In this document: piece by piece, positions 8,474 to 20,172 of the stretch
How the letters are laid out: each line of letters opens with the position of its first letter
Numbering within the stretch: the first letter of the stretch is position 1
Source: Pelagibacteraceae bacterium AG-414-E02
GTDB taxonomy: Bacteria > Pseudomonadota > Alphaproteobacteria > Pelagibacterales > Pelagibacteraceae
Direction: 5' to 3'
DNA: 64,000 nucleotides
Assembly: GCA_003214615.1 (NCBI GenBank)
Contig: QCLK01000004.1
Coordinates: forward strand, 36,301 to 100,300
Translations under genes and position numbers: made by a program
The notes under the pieces: model-generated
Database searches by the model: none
What the model was told of the DNA's origin: nothing
Seen by the model: only the letters and a program-made list of their open reading frames with translations

Positions 8474-9181
8474 ATGTCTCTATTAAGATCTTTGTTATTT
8501 AATCTTTTTTTTTATACTGGAATAGTTGTGGTTTTTATAATAGCACTACCCGCTCTAATTCTGCCTCCCAAAATTACTTTAATATTTGGAAAATTTTTAG
8601 GTCACTATGTAGTTTTCATTGTTAGAATTTTTTTAAATACAAAAGTAGAATTTAAAGGGATAGAAAATATACCCAAAACTGAAAAATATTTTGTTGCTTG
8701 TGCACACCAATCTATGTTTGAAACTTTTGCATTACAAAGTATTTTGGATTATCCGGTCTTTATTTTAAAAAAAGAGCTTTTGAAAATTCCTTTGTTTGGA
8801 CTTTATTTAAAAAAAATCAAGTCAATTGAAATAGTTAGGGATACTACTACGAAAGATAATCTTAATTTTTTTAATAAAGTGGCAAATATCATTAAAAATG
8901 AAAAAAGACCTCTTCTAATATTTCCTCAAGGAACAAGAGTAAAGGTTGATGATAAAGCGCCTTTTAAAAAAGGAGCTGGAAGAATATACGAAGCTTTAAA
9001 TATTTCTTGCGTCCCAGTAGCATTAAATTCAGGCAAGGTTTGGCCAAAACATGGGGTAATTAAGCATCCAGGAAAAATAACAGTATCTTTTTTAAAACCT
9101 ATAGAACCCGGTTTAAATCGAGATGAATTTATTAGAAATTTGGAGGTAAAAATATACGATGAAATTAAAAATATTTCTTAA
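8474..9181 (+). CDS. plsC: 1-acyl-sn-glycerol-3-phosphate acyltransferase
   Basis: 235 aa with an N-terminal TM segment, AHQSMFE (HX4D/E-type block) and the FPQGTR block. Confidence 0.75.
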   Translation: MSLLRSLLFNLFFYTGIVVVFIIALPALILPPKITLIFGKFLGHYVVFIVRIFLNTKVEFKGIENIPKTEKYFVACAHQSMFETFALQSILDYPVFILKKELLKIPLFGLYLKKIKSIEIVRDTTTKDNLNFFNKVANIIKNEKRPLLIFPQGTRVKVDDKAPFKKGAGRIYEALNISCVPVALNSGKVWPKHGVIKHPGKITVSFLKPIEPGLNRDEFIRNLEVKIYDEIKNIS

Positions 9182-9183
9182 GT

Positions 9184-10083
9184 TTATTTTCTTCCAAAAT
9201 CAGGCCTGCTAATATCCTGGCCTGCTTCTATAATTTCTTTTCTTATTTTTTTTGTTTTTGTAAAAATTTTTTCTAGTTTTTTTTCATTTTTATTTTTAAT
9301 TGCTTTTTTTAAATCTTTTAGATTTTTTATAAATTTATCAATTATTTTTGAGGTATTTTTCCTATTCTGGATAAAAATATCCCTCCACATAACAGGATTG
9401 GATGCAGCAATTCTTGTAAAATCTCTTAATCCCCCTGCGCTGTACTTTACAATATTGCGATCTTTTTTCTTTTTAATTTTAAGAGCTGTATTTACAATAT
9501 TGTAAGCTATCAAGTGTGGCATATGGCTTGTAATCGATAAAATATAATCGTGCTGTTTTGCATCCATTACGTCAACTCTGCTTCCTAATTTTTTCCAAAA
9601 CTTTTCTAATAATTTAATATCTTTATTATTTGACTGTTTACCCGGAGTTAAAATACACCATTTATTTTTAAAAAGTTGTGAAAATCCTGATTCAGGTCCG
9701 CTATCTTCTGTACCAGCTATAGGATGCGATGAAATCCAAGATATATTTTTAGGAATATTTTTTTCAATTAGGGAAATTACATTTTTTTTCACCGATCCAA
9801 CATCAGTTAATATAGCTCCTTTTTTTAGGGAACCTTTTATTTTAAAAATTATATTCTTATAACTGCTCAAAGGACTGGCGATTATAATAAGATCAGAACC
9901 TCTAACCATTTTTTTTGTATCAGAGCTAGCTTCATCCACTATTTTTAATCTGATTACTTTTTTATTAGTGCTGTTCGACCTATTGGAAGAAACTACTTTA
10001 GTAGCGAGCTTATTTTTTTTTATACCCCTCGCTATAGAAGAACCAATTAATCCACATCCTATTATACATACCCTTTTAAACAT
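9184..10083 (-). CDS. tyrC: prephenate/arogenate (cyclohexadienyl) dehydrogenase
   Basis: 299 aa with N-terminal NAD fold IIGCGLIGSS, SSHPIAG and SHMPHLIAY motifs. It lies downstream of hisC, as in alphaproteobacteria. Confidence 0.8.
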   Translation of the reverse strand: MFKRVCIIGCGLIGSSIARGIKKNKLATKVVSSNRSNSTNKKVIRLKIVDEASSDTKKMVRGSDLIIIASPLSSYKNIIFKIKGSLKKGAILTDVGSVKKNVISLIEKNIPKNISWISSHPIAGTEDSGPESGFSQLFKNKWCILTPGKQSNNKDIKLLEKFWKKLGSRVDVMDAKQHDYILSITSHMPHLIAYNIVNTALKIKKKKDRNIVKYSAGGLRDFTRIAASNPVMWRDIFIQNRKNTSKIIDKFIKNLKDLKKAIKNKNEKKLEKIFTKTKKIRKEIIEAGQDISRPDFGRK

Positions 10084-11162
10084 TACTTTAAGATGCCTCC
10101 TATAGATTTAATAAAATGTTCATTTGCTTCTTTATTTCCAATAGTTAATCTTAAAGAATTGGGTATTTTGTACTGTGTCATTTTTCTCACAATTAGCTTG
10201 TCTGCTACTAACTTTTCAAAAACCTCATCTGAATTAATTTTTGTTTCATCAAAATTCATCAAAAAGAAATTTACCGTAGGTTCATTTGTTTTAATATTAT
10301 ATTCTTTCAACATAGAGAATATTTTCTTTGACCATAATGTATTATGATCAATTGCTTTTTTTGTCCATTCACTATCTTTAATAGCTGCCACTCCCGCAGC
10401 AAGAACTGCTCTATTGACATTAAATGGAGGTTTTATTTGGTACATACTGTCAATTATTTCTTTAGAAGAATATCCCCAACCTAGTCGCAGGCCAGCCAAA
10501 CCATAAATTTTTGAAAAAGTTCTAGTAATTAATACGTTAGCAGAATCCTCAAATAGATCTAAACCTGAAGAAAAATTATCGGAATCGATAAATTCAAAAT
10601 AAGCATCATCCACAACTAAAAGTATATCGCTTCTAAGTTTTTTTCTTAAATCAAGCATTTCATTTTTAGATAAATATGTTCCTGTAGGATTGTTAGGATT
10701 TGCAATAAATACAATTTTTGTTTTTTCAGAAACTTTTTTTATTATTTCTTCTACTGATGCCTTAAAATTCTTTTCTTTAGCTAACACAATTTTTGCCCTA
10801 CTAAGTGAGGCGTATATTTTGTACATGATAAAGCCAAATTCTGTAACTATTACTTCATCCCCGGGCTCAAGAAATAAGCGGCATGTTAAATCAAAGATTT
10901 GATCTGAGCCTGATCCACAAATAATCCTTTTGGGATCTATTTTAAATTCATTTGATAAAACTTCCCTCAAAGAATTTGAATCATCTTCTGGATATTTAAA
11001 AAGTTTGTTTTTTTCTTTTTCAAATGCTTTAATTGCTTTTGGACTTGGTCCAAGAGCAGATTCATTGGCAGATAATTTTATTGGATTTTCAATTTTTTTA
11101 AATTGAGACAATCCTCCAACATATCTTTCAACCTCAAATTTTATTGGCTTCGGTAAATCCAT
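10083..11162 (-). CDS. hisC: histidinol-phosphate aminotransferase
   Basis: 359 aa with LSANESALGPSP, NPNNPTG and the TFSKIYGLAGLRLGW PLP-lysine block. Confidence 0.85.
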   Translation of the reverse strand: MDLPKPIKFEVERYVGGLSQFKKIENPIKLSANESALGPSPKAIKAFEKEKNKLFKYPEDDSNSLREVLSNEFKIDPKRIICGSGSDQIFDLTCRLFLEPGDEVIVTEFGFIMYKIYASLSRAKIVLAKEKNFKASVEEIIKKVSEKTKIVFIANPNNPTGTYLSKNEMLDLRKKLRSDILLVVDDAYFEFIDSDNFSSGLDLFEDSANVLITRTFSKIYGLAGLRLGWGYSSKEIIDSMYQIKPPFNVNRAVLAAGVAAIKDSEWTKKAIDHNTLWSKKIFSMLKEYNIKTNEPTVNFFLMNFDETKINSDEVFEKLVADKLIVRKMTQYKIPNSLRLTIGNKEANEHFIKSIGGILK

Positions 11163-11268
11163 AATTTTTTTATATATAAATCGTATCGGTAAATACTATA
11201 TATGCAACTTTGTGGCAAAATAAATACAACCTAATTTGACAAAAGATGTGGTTTTTAGTACAAGAAAA

Positions 11269-11322
11269 GCGCGCTGATTTAACTTAAATTGCGAGCGCAT
11301 TAAAAAAAACAGCTAAAAAAGG
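11269..11322 (+). promoter_or_regulatory. SAM-II / SAM-V-class (metX leader) riboswitch candidate
   Basis: The sequence is GCGCGCTGATTTAACTTAAATTGCGAGCGCATTAAAAAAAACAGCTAAAAAAGG. It has stem GCGCT(11271-75)/AGCGC(11294-98) with a U-rich loop, then an A-rich 3' tail containing CAGCTAAAAAA. This U-loop/A-tail pseudoknot layout matches alphaproteobacterial metX/metA SAM-II leaders. No covariance-model check was possible. Confidence 0.5.
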
Positions 11323-11327
11323 TTTTT

Positions 11328-11353
11328 GCCCAGTTTAGCTGGGCTTTTTTTTT
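11328..11353 (+). terminator. intrinsic terminator in the metX leader
   Basis: Stem GCCCAG (11328-33) / CTGGGC (11339-44), short loop, then T9 (11345-53). It is the only clear GC hairpin plus T-run I noticed in the window. Confidence 0.6.
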
Positions 11354-11361
11354 GTTTGATT

Positions 11362-12480
11362 ATGAATAACGAAATTAAAAATATAAAAAAACTTATTATC
11401 AATCAGTCCCTTGAACTAGACTGTGGTAAAATAATTAAAGATTTTCCACTAGCATATGAAACTTATGGAAATCTAAATAAAAATAAAAGTAATGCTATAC
11501 TAGCTTTTCATGCATTAACGGGTGATCAATTTTGTGCAAATATTAACCCTATTACTAAAAGAGAAGGCTGGTGGACCACAGCAGTTGGACCAAACAAAGC
11601 AATTGATACTAATAAATATTTTGTAATTTGCGCCAATGTTCTTGGTGGCTGTATGGGCAGCTATGGACCTAAGGAAATAAATCCAGAAACAAACAAATTA
11701 TTTGGTACTACATTTCCAGTTATAACAATAAGAGATATGGTTAAAGCCCAAAAGTATATACTGGATCATTTGGGTATTAAAAAGTTACTAGCTGTTATAG
11801 GTGGATCAATGGGTGGTATGCAAGTTTTACAATTTGTATCTTTATACCCAGACAAATCATATTCTGCTATTCCAATAGCTTGTAGCGCCAGTCACTCTGC
11901 ACAAAACATTGCATTAAATGAATTAGGAAGACAAGCAATTATGGCGGACCCTAATTGGAAAAAAGAAAATTCTACACCTGATAAAGGTTTAGCAGTTGCT
12001 AGAATGGCTGCACATATAACTTATCTTTCCAAAAAAGGATTACAAGAAAAATTTGGACGTAAGTTGCAAGATAAAGGAAGTTTAAAATTTAGTTTTGATG
12101 CAGATTTTCAAATAGAAAGTTATTTACGTTATCAAGGAGCTACTTTTGTAGATAGATTTGATGCTAATAGCTATTTATACATTACGAGAGCTATGGATTA
12201 TTTTGATTTGGAAAAACAGTTTAACGGCAATTTATCACTGGCCTTTAAAAATACCAAATCAAAATTTTTCGTAATTTCATTTTCTTCCGATTGGCTTTAT
12301 CCAACTTCTGAAAATAAAGAAATAGTTATAGCCCTAAATGCCTGTGGTGCAAATGTTGGGTTTGTTGAAATTAACTCTGATAAAGGCCACGATTCATTTT
12401 TACTGAATGTGCCAGAATTTTTAAAAACAATAAGTGAATTTCTTAATTCAACTTATAATGAGGCAAAAAATGAAAAATGA
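11362..12480 (+). CDS. metX: homoserine O-acetyltransferase
   Basis: Alpha/beta hydrolase with GGSMGGMQ and a conserved ...HALTGD... N-terminal block. I moved the start to ATG 11362 (MNNEIKN...), because the track start 11326 lies inside the terminator hairpin. Confidence 0.9.
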   Translation: MNNEIKNIKKLIINQSLELDCGKIIKDFPLAYETYGNLNKNKSNAILAFHALTGDQFCANINPITKREGWWTTAVGPNKAIDTNKYFVICANVLGGCMGSYGPKEINPETNKLFGTTFPVITIRDMVKAQKYILDHLGIKKLLAVIGGSMGGMQVLQFVSLYPDKSYSAIPIACSASHSAQNIALNELGRQAIMADPNWKKENSTPDKGLAVARMAAHITYLSKKGLQEKFGRKLQDKGSLKFSFDADFQIESYLRYQGATFVDRFDANSYLYITRAMDYFDLEKQFNGNLSLAFKNTKSKFFVISFSSDWLYPTSENKEIVIALNACGANVGFVEINSDKGHDSFLLNVPEFLKTISEFLNSTYNEAKNEK

Positions 12481-13063
12481 ATTTAAAGTTATAGCGCAAA
12501 TAATTCAAAATAATAAAAGAGTTTTAGATATAGGATGTGGTGATGGAACCTTAATGAAGTATCTAAAAGTTAATCAACAAAATGATGTGAGAGGCTTGGA
12601 ACCAAATAAAGATCTTGTCCAAAAATGCATTGCAAAAGGCTTATCAGTTATTGAGGGTGATGCCGAAAAAGAATTAACACAATTTCCTGAAAAATCATTT
12701 GATTACGTTGTTTTAAGTCAAACTTTGCAAGCCTTTCTAGATCCAAAAGAAGTTTTGAGGCAACTTCTTAGAATAGGTAAACAAACAATCGTTTCAATTC
12801 CTAATTTTGGATATTGGAAAGTTCGCCTACATTTATTATTTAAAGGAACTATGCCAGTAACTAAAAATTTACCAAATGAATGGTATGATACTCCTAATTT
12901 ACACATGTGCACAATCCAAGACTTTGTTAATTTTTGTGATAACAATAATATTAAAATTGATAAATCTATGTGTTTAACTAATGAAAAAATTTCAGAAATT
13001 ACTAATAAAAATAGAAAATATAAAAATATTTTTTCTCAGTTAGGTGTATTTCTTATACAATAA
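12470..13063 (+). CDS. metW: methionine biosynthesis protein MetW
   Basis: Has [34 protein letters not shown] and [15 protein letters not shown], all typical of MetW. The start is taken at ATG 12470, overlapping the metX stop. Confidence 0.9.
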   Translation: MKNEFKVIAQIIQNNKRVLDIGCGDGTLMKYLKVNQQNDVRGLEPNKDLVQKCIAKGLSVIEGDAEKELTQFPEKSFDYVVLSQTLQAFLDPKEVLRQLLRIGKQTIVSIPNFGYWKVRLHLLFKGTMPVTKNLPNEWYDTPNLHMCTIQDFVNFCDNNNIKIDKSMCLTNEKISEITNKNRKYKNIFSQLGVFLIQ

Positions 13064-13068
13064 ATGTT

Positions 13069-13830
13069 ATGCTAATTATTCCGATACCTTGCCTAACAGA
13101 CAACTATGCGTACATTATCAATGAAGAGAATTCAAAAAAAATTGGGGTAGTAGATCCTTCGGAGGCTAATCCAATTATTGAATTTCTTGAAAAAAAAAAT
13201 TTAAAACTAGATTATATATTAAATACACATCATCACTTTGATCATATAGGGGGGAACGAAGAGTTAAAAAGAAAATTCAAAGCAAAAGTTGTTGGGTTTA
13301 AAGGAGATAAACATAGAATCCCTGGAATAGATATTTCTTTAGAAAATGATGAAAATTGGAATTTTGGAAATACAGAAGCAAAAATAATTCACATACCGGG
13401 ACATACTTTGGGTCATATCTGTTTTTTTTTTGAGAAGGAAAAAATTGCTTTTACAGGAGATACTTTATTTTCTCTTGGATGTGGTAGAATTTTTGAAGGG
13501 GATCATAAACAAATGCTGGAATCATTAAATAAAATAAAAAAACTTCCAAAAAATACTAAAATTTATTGCGGTCACGAATATACTTATAAAAATGCTGAAT
13601 TTTGTCTAAAATACGATAGTGATAATACAGATTTAAAAAATAAATTTGAGAAAATAAAAAAATTGAGATCAAATAATTTACCTACTATACCAACCACGCT
13701 GGAAGAGGAGCTAAATTCAAATATTTTTCTTAGATGCGATCAAAATGATCTAAAAATTAAATTAAACATGAAAAATCAAGAAGATTTCAAAGTTTTTAAG
13801 AAAGTCAGAGATCTAAAAGATAGTTTTTAG
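13069..13830 (+). CDS. gloB: hydroxyacylglutathione hydrolase (glyoxalase II)
   Basis: 253 aa, a metallo-beta-lactamase fold with THHHFDHIGG, IPGHTLGH and GDTLF. Confidence 0.85.
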   Translation: MLIIPIPCLTDNYAYIINEENSKKIGVVDPSEANPIIEFLEKKNLKLDYILNTHHHFDHIGGNEELKRKFKAKVVGFKGDKHRIPGIDISLENDENWNFGNTEAKIIHIPGHTLGHICFFFEKEKIAFTGDTLFSLGCGRIFEGDHKQMLESLNKIKKLPKNTKIYCGHEYTYKNAEFCLKYDSDNTDLKNKFEKIKKLRSNNLPTIPTTLEEELNSNIFLRCDQNDLKIKLNMKNQEDFKVFKKVRDLKDSF

Positions 13831-13843
13831 CTGCTGTAATAAC

Positions 13844-13871
13844 TTGACATGACAAGTTAGAAAGCTATATT
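13844..13871 (+). promoter_or_regulatory. sigma70-like promoter of rplU-rpmA
   Basis: TTGACA (13844-49), a 16-nt spacer, then TATATT (13866-71), about 30 nt upstream of the rplU ATG. Confidence 0.45.
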
Positions 13872-13901
13872 GCCACTATTTCCAAATATGAAATTAAAAC
13901 A

Positions 13902-14447
13902 ATGTCTTTCGCAGTTATTCAAACAGGTGGTAAACAATATAAGGTTTCAGCAAGTGAAATACTTAAGATTGAAAGACTTAATGATAAAGAAGGAAAAACT
14001 GTAGAATTCAAAAACGTACTTTTCTTAAACGACAATAAAACTACTGAAATTGGAAACCCAAATATCCAAGGTGCAAAGGTTGAAGCTACCATTTTAAAAA
14101 ATACAAAAAATAAAACAGTTTTAGTTTTTAAAAAAAGAAGAAGAAAAAATTCAAGAAAAAAATACGGACACAGGCAACCAATTTCTCTTATTAGAATTAC
14201 TAAAATTTTCTCAAAAACTGGAAAATTAATTGCTGAAGCTGGGCCACAGAAACAATTAACAAAGAAAATAGTAAAAGGCGATATGGAGAGAGAGAAACAA
14301 ATTTTGGAAGCAAAAAAAACCCAAGTGGAAGAAAAGCAAAAAATTACAAAATCAGTTAAAAAAATGGAACAAAAAGAAAAAAAAATTACTACTAATGTAG
14401 AAAAAAAAGAAATTAAAAAGAAGCCTTTAACAAAAAATAAAAAGTGA
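13902..14447 (+). CDS. rplU: 50S ribosomal protein L21 with long Lys/Glu-rich C-terminal extension
   Basis: The N-terminal ~100 aa (MSFAVIQTGGKQYKV...GHRQPISLIRI) are canonical L21. Residues ~104-181 are a K/E-rich low-complexity tail. Confidence 0.9.
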   Translation: MSFAVIQTGGKQYKVSASEILKIERLNDKEGKTVEFKNVLFLNDNKTTEIGNPNIQGAKVEATILKNTKNKTVLVFKKRRRKNSRKKYGHRQPISLIRITKIFSKTGKLIAEAGPQKQLTKKIVKGDMEREKQILEAKKTQVEEKQKITKSVKKMEQKEKKITTNVEKKEIKKKPLTKNKK

Positions 14448-14471
14448 TAGGATTAAATTAGGATATAAAAT

Positions 14472-14726
14472 ATGGCAACAAAAAAAGCGGGCGGATCATC
14501 GCGAAATGGTAGAGATAGTGCTGGAAGGCGCCTTGGGGTAAAAAGATATGGTGGACAGCTGGTCTTGCCAGGAAACATTATCGTGAGACAAAGGGGTACA
14601 AAAATACATCCTGGTAACCATGTAGGTATTGGTAAAGATCACTCCATATTCTCTTTGATAAAAGGAAAAGTTCAATTTAAAACTTCAAAACTTAACAGAA
14701 CATTTGTATCTGTTATCCCCAGCTAA
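14472..14726 (+). CDS. rpmA: 50S ribosomal protein L27
   Basis: [24 protein letters not shown]...[12 protein letters not shown]. Confidence 0.95.
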   Translation: MATKKAGGSSRNGRDSAGRRLGVKRYGGQLVLPGNIIVRQRGTKIHPGNHVGIGKDHSIFSLIKGKVQFKTSKLNRTFVSVIPS

Positions 14727-14762
14727 TTCCTTACAACTTTAAAATAATTTTATTATTGTTGA

Positions 14763-16845
<2,083 letters not shown>

Positions 16846-16846
16846 A

Positions 16847-18109
16847 ATGGCTAAAAACTTATATATGAATAAAATAGGTGAAAAAGCAAAAATTGCTTCG
16901 CATAATTTATCTAACTTAAATATCAATAAAAGAAATTCTGTCTTGAAACAGTTTAGCCTATATTTAAAAAATAACTCTCAATCAATTTTAAAATCAAATA
17001 AAAAAGATATATCTTATGCTCGTTCTAAAAAAGTTAAAGAAAGCATGATTGATCGACTAAAATTAAATAATAAAAAAATTGATCAAATTAGAAATTCGAT
17101 AAAAGAAATAATAAAATTTAAAGATCCTTTGGGAAAAACATTATCTTCCTGGAAAAGACCGAACGGTCTAGTCATAAAAAGAGTCTCCATACCAATTGGG
17201 GTAATTGGTGTAATTTATGAAAGTAGACCAAATGTTACCTCTGATGTTTCTGCGTTATGTTTTAAGACTGGAAATGTAGTAATTTTACGTGGTGGTTCTG
17301 AAGCTTTTCATTCAAACAAAATTTTAGCCAAACTTTTTAGAAAAGCTCTCAAAAAGAAAAAGTGTGACATAAACTGCGTTCAATATGTTGAAAGTAAAAA
17401 TAGAAATCATGTTGATTATCTCTTATCAAGTATGAAAAATTATATTGATATAATCATCCCAAGAGGTGGGAAAAGTCTGGTAAAAAAAGTGTTACAAAAA
17501 TCTTCAGTTTCAATTATAGGACATTATGAAGGTTTATGTCACGTATACATAGATCGAGAGGCAGACTTAAATATGGCTATTAATGTTGTAAAAAATTCGA
17601 AAATGAGAAATGTTAGTATATGTGGGGCTGCAGAAACTTTACTAATAGACAAAAAATGTCTCAAAACCCACTGTAAACCTATATTAAATCAATTAAATAT
17701 GTTGGGGTGTGAAATCGTAGGAGATAAAATAATTAAAAAATTTGTTTCTGATAAAATTAAAATTGCAACAAACAAAGACTGGGTTAAAGAATATCTTGCC
17801 CCAAAAATTTCAGTAAAAAGCGTGAACGGTGTAGAAGATGCTGTAAATCATATAAATAAATACGGGTCTGCTCATACAGATTCAATAGTGACAAAAAATA
17901 AAAAAACAGCCAAAAAGTTTCTAGCAAGTATTAACAGTTCTATAGCAGTACATAACGCCTCTACACAATTTGCTGATGGCGGAGAATTTGGCTTTGGAGC
18001 GGAAGTTGGTATATCAACAGGAAAATTGCATCCTCGTGGCCCTATTGGCGTTAGTCAGCTCACTACATATAAATATATTTTGGAAGGTAAAGGACAGGTA
18101 AGGAAATAA
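16847..18109 (+). CDS. proA: gamma-glutamyl phosphate reductase
   Basis: 420 aa, aldehyde dehydrogenase-like, with IYESRPNVT, CGAAETLL and HNASTQFADGGEFG. Confidence 0.9.
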   Translation: MAKNLYMNKIGEKAKIASHNLSNLNINKRNSVLKQFSLYLKNNSQSILKSNKKDISYARSKKVKESMIDRLKLNNKKIDQIRNSIKEIIKFKDPLGKTLSSWKRPNGLVIKRVSIPIGVIGVIYESRPNVTSDVSALCFKTGNVVILRGGSEAFHSNKILAKLFRKALKKKKCDINCVQYVESKNRNHVDYLLSSMKNYIDIIIPRGGKSLVKKVLQKSSVSIIGHYEGLCHVYIDREADLNMAINVVKNSKMRNVSICGAAETLLIDKKCLKTHCKPILNQLNMLGCEIVGDKIIKKFVSDKIKIATNKDWVKEYLAPKISVKSVNGVEDAVNHINKYGSAHTDSIVTKNKKTAKKFLASINSSIAVHNASTQFADGGEFGFGAEVGISTGKLHPRGPIGVSQLTTYKYILEGKGQVRK

Positions 18110-18112
18110 TTT

Positions 18113-18655
18113 TTGCATAAAATATCTAAAAAAAAAATTAAAGTTGGAATTTTAGGAGGAACTTTTGATCCCCCTCATATAGGTCATTTGCATATTTCTG
18201 ATGTAGGTATAAAAAAACTTAAATTAAATAAATTAATATGGATTGTAACTAAAAAAAATCCACTAAAACAAAAACCATACCTAAGCGTAAAAACACGAAT
18301 AAAATTATCAAAACAAATTATCAAAAATAAGAAAAAAATTTTTGTTCAGTACTTAGAAGATAAAGTAAAATCAAAAAATACATTTAATTTACTTAGCTAT
18401 ATAAAAAGAAAAAATAGGAAAATTGAATTATACTTTCTAATTGGGGCTGATAATTTTGTGAGGTTTCACAAATGGAATAATTGGAAAAAAATTCCAAAAC
18501 TTGCAAAAATAATTGTTTTTTCAAGGCAAAACTACTCTATAAAAGCACTTAGTTCTGTTGCGTCAAAAAAGCTTGAAAAAAAAGATTGGTTGTACATAAC
18601 TGGTAAAAAAGTAAATATTTCATCTTCATTAATTAGAAAATTTTCGATAACATAA
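18113..18655 (+). CDS. nadD: nicotinate-nucleotide adenylyltransferase
   Basis: 180 aa with GILGGTFDPPHIGHL (HxGH), a late ISSSLIR motif and a TTG start. Confidence 0.8.
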   Translation: MHKISKKKIKVGILGGTFDPPHIGHLHISDVGIKKLKLNKLIWIVTKKNPLKQKPYLSVKTRIKLSKQIIKNKKKIFVQYLEDKVKSKNTFNLLSYIKRKNRKIELYFLIGADNFVRFHKWNNWKKIPKLAKIIVFSRQNYSIKALSSVASKKLEKKDWLYITGKKVNISSSLIRKFSIT

Positions 18656-18658
18656 ATC

Positions 18659-19018
18659 TTGATGCAATTAAAAGAAATTAAAAAAATGAAAGATGAAATA
18701 GAACAAATGTTAAATGATAATAAAGCAATCGACATAGTATCAATCAATTTAAAAAATAAAACTTCGATTGCTGATTTTATGATAGTTGCTAGCGGAAACT
18801 CTTCAAGACATATTCAGGCTTTATCAGAAATATTAATAGATAAGCTCAAAGAAAAAGGAATTGATAATTGTCGATTAGAAGGCCGTGAAAGTAAGGATTG
18901 GAAACTTATTGATGCAAAAGATATTATCATCCATATTTTTCATCCTGAAAAAAGGAAATTTTATGATATTGAAAGAATGTGGTCAGAATTAATTCCAAAA
19001 GAAAGATTGACAATATGA
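18659..19018 (+). CDS. rsfS: ribosome silencing factor RsfS (iojap)
   Basis: 119 aa with ...ADFMIVASGNSSRHIQA...DWKLIDAKDIIIHIF..., and located downstream of nadD. Confidence 0.85.
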   Translation: MMQLKEIKKMKDEIEQMLNDNKAIDIVSINLKNKTSIADFMIVASGNSSRHIQALSEILIDKLKEKGIDNCRLEGRESKDWKLIDAKDIIIHIFHPEKRKFYDIERMWSELIPKERLTI

Positions 19019-20166
19019 AGCAAAAATTTCTTGGGTATATTCTAACTATATTTACAGTAATATTATTAAATACTTCCAGTAAAATTTATGCAGAAGATAC
19101 GGATAAATTATACGATAAAATTGATCTTTTTAGTGAAGTTTTAGAAAAAATTCAAAATGAATATGTTGAAGAAATAGACCAAGCAGAAACAATGGATTCT
19201 GCAATTAATGGTGTTCTTCAATCGTTAGATCCATATTCAGCATACATGAACCCAAAAATATTTGAAGAATCTCAGACTGAAACAAGTGGAAAGTTTGGGG
19301 GTCTAGGTATTGAAGTAAGTATGGAATCTGGCGTAGTTAAAGTTATAGCACCAATAGATGACACACCGGCAGCAAAAGCTGGTGTAAAAGCTGGTGATTA
19401 CATAGTCAAAATAAATAATGAACAAGTTCAAGGAAAATCTTTAATGGAAGCTGTAAACTTAATGAGAGGACCGGTAGGATCTTCAATTGAAATTACTGTA
19501 CGAAGGAAGGGATTAAAAAAAGCAAAAATTTTTAAAATTGTAAGAGAAGTTATCGAAATAAGATCGGTAGTATCTAAACAGGTTGATAAAAAAGTTGGGT
19601 ATCTTAGGTTACGAGCATTTAATGAAAACAGCAGCGAACAGCTAAATGAAGAAATTTCAGAAATAGAAAAAAATAAAAAAATAATTGGGTATATTCTTGA
19701 CTTAAGAAATAACCCTGGAGGATTGCTGTCTCAGGCAGTAAAAATTTCTGATTTTTTTCTTAATGATGGAGAGATTGTTTCAACAAAAGGAAGAAAAAGC
19801 AGAGACAATAGAAAATATTTTGCTAAAAAAGGTGACAAAATTAATGGAAAACCTCTAATTGTATTAATTAATAATGGGTCTGCCTCTGCATCAGAAATCG
19901 TTGCTGGAGCACTACAGGATCAAAAAAGAGCTATACTTTTAGGGGAAACAAGCTTTGGGAAAGGATCCGTGCAATCAATTATACCTTTAAAAAATAGAGG
20001 TGCAATACGATTGACGGTTTCAAAATATTATTTACCTTCTGGAAAATCTATTTCTGAAGTTGGTGTGGAGCCCGATATCAAAGTTGAAGAAGAAGGTGAA
20101 GAATTTTCAATCAACACTACCACGGATAACCAATTAAATTATGCAATCGAGCTTCTTGCTGGATAA
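19015..20166 (+). CDS. ctpA: carboxy-terminal processing protease (S41)
   Basis: Signal peptide, PDZ region (GGLGIEV...AGVKAGDYI), DLRNNPGG and GSASASEI. The start is taken at ATG 19015 (ATGA overlap with the rsfS stop). Confidence 0.85.
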   Translation: MKQKFLGYILTIFTVILLNTSSKIYAEDTDKLYDKIDLFSEVLEKIQNEYVEEIDQAETMDSAINGVLQSLDPYSAYMNPKIFEESQTETSGKFGGLGIEVSMESGVVKVIAPIDDTPAAKAGVKAGDYIVKINNEQVQGKSLMEAVNLMRGPVGSSIEITVRRKGLKKAKIFKIVREVIEIRSVVSKQVDKKVGYLRLRAFNENSSEQLNEEISEIEKNKKIIGYILDLRNNPGGLLSQAVKISDFFLNDGEIVSTKGRKSRDNRKYFAKKGDKINGKPLIVLINNGSASASEIVAGALQDQKRAILLGETSFGKGSVQSIIPLKNRGAIRLTVSKYYLPSGKSISEVGVEPDIKVEEEGEEFSINTTTDNQLNYAIELLAG

Positions 20167-20172
20167 AATTTA

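Noticed and set aside
11326-11361. N-terminal extension of metX ([12 protein letters not shown]...) from an upstream TTG
   Set aside because: These codons are the terminator hairpin and U-run of the leader. The conserved MetX sequence begins at ATG 11362.
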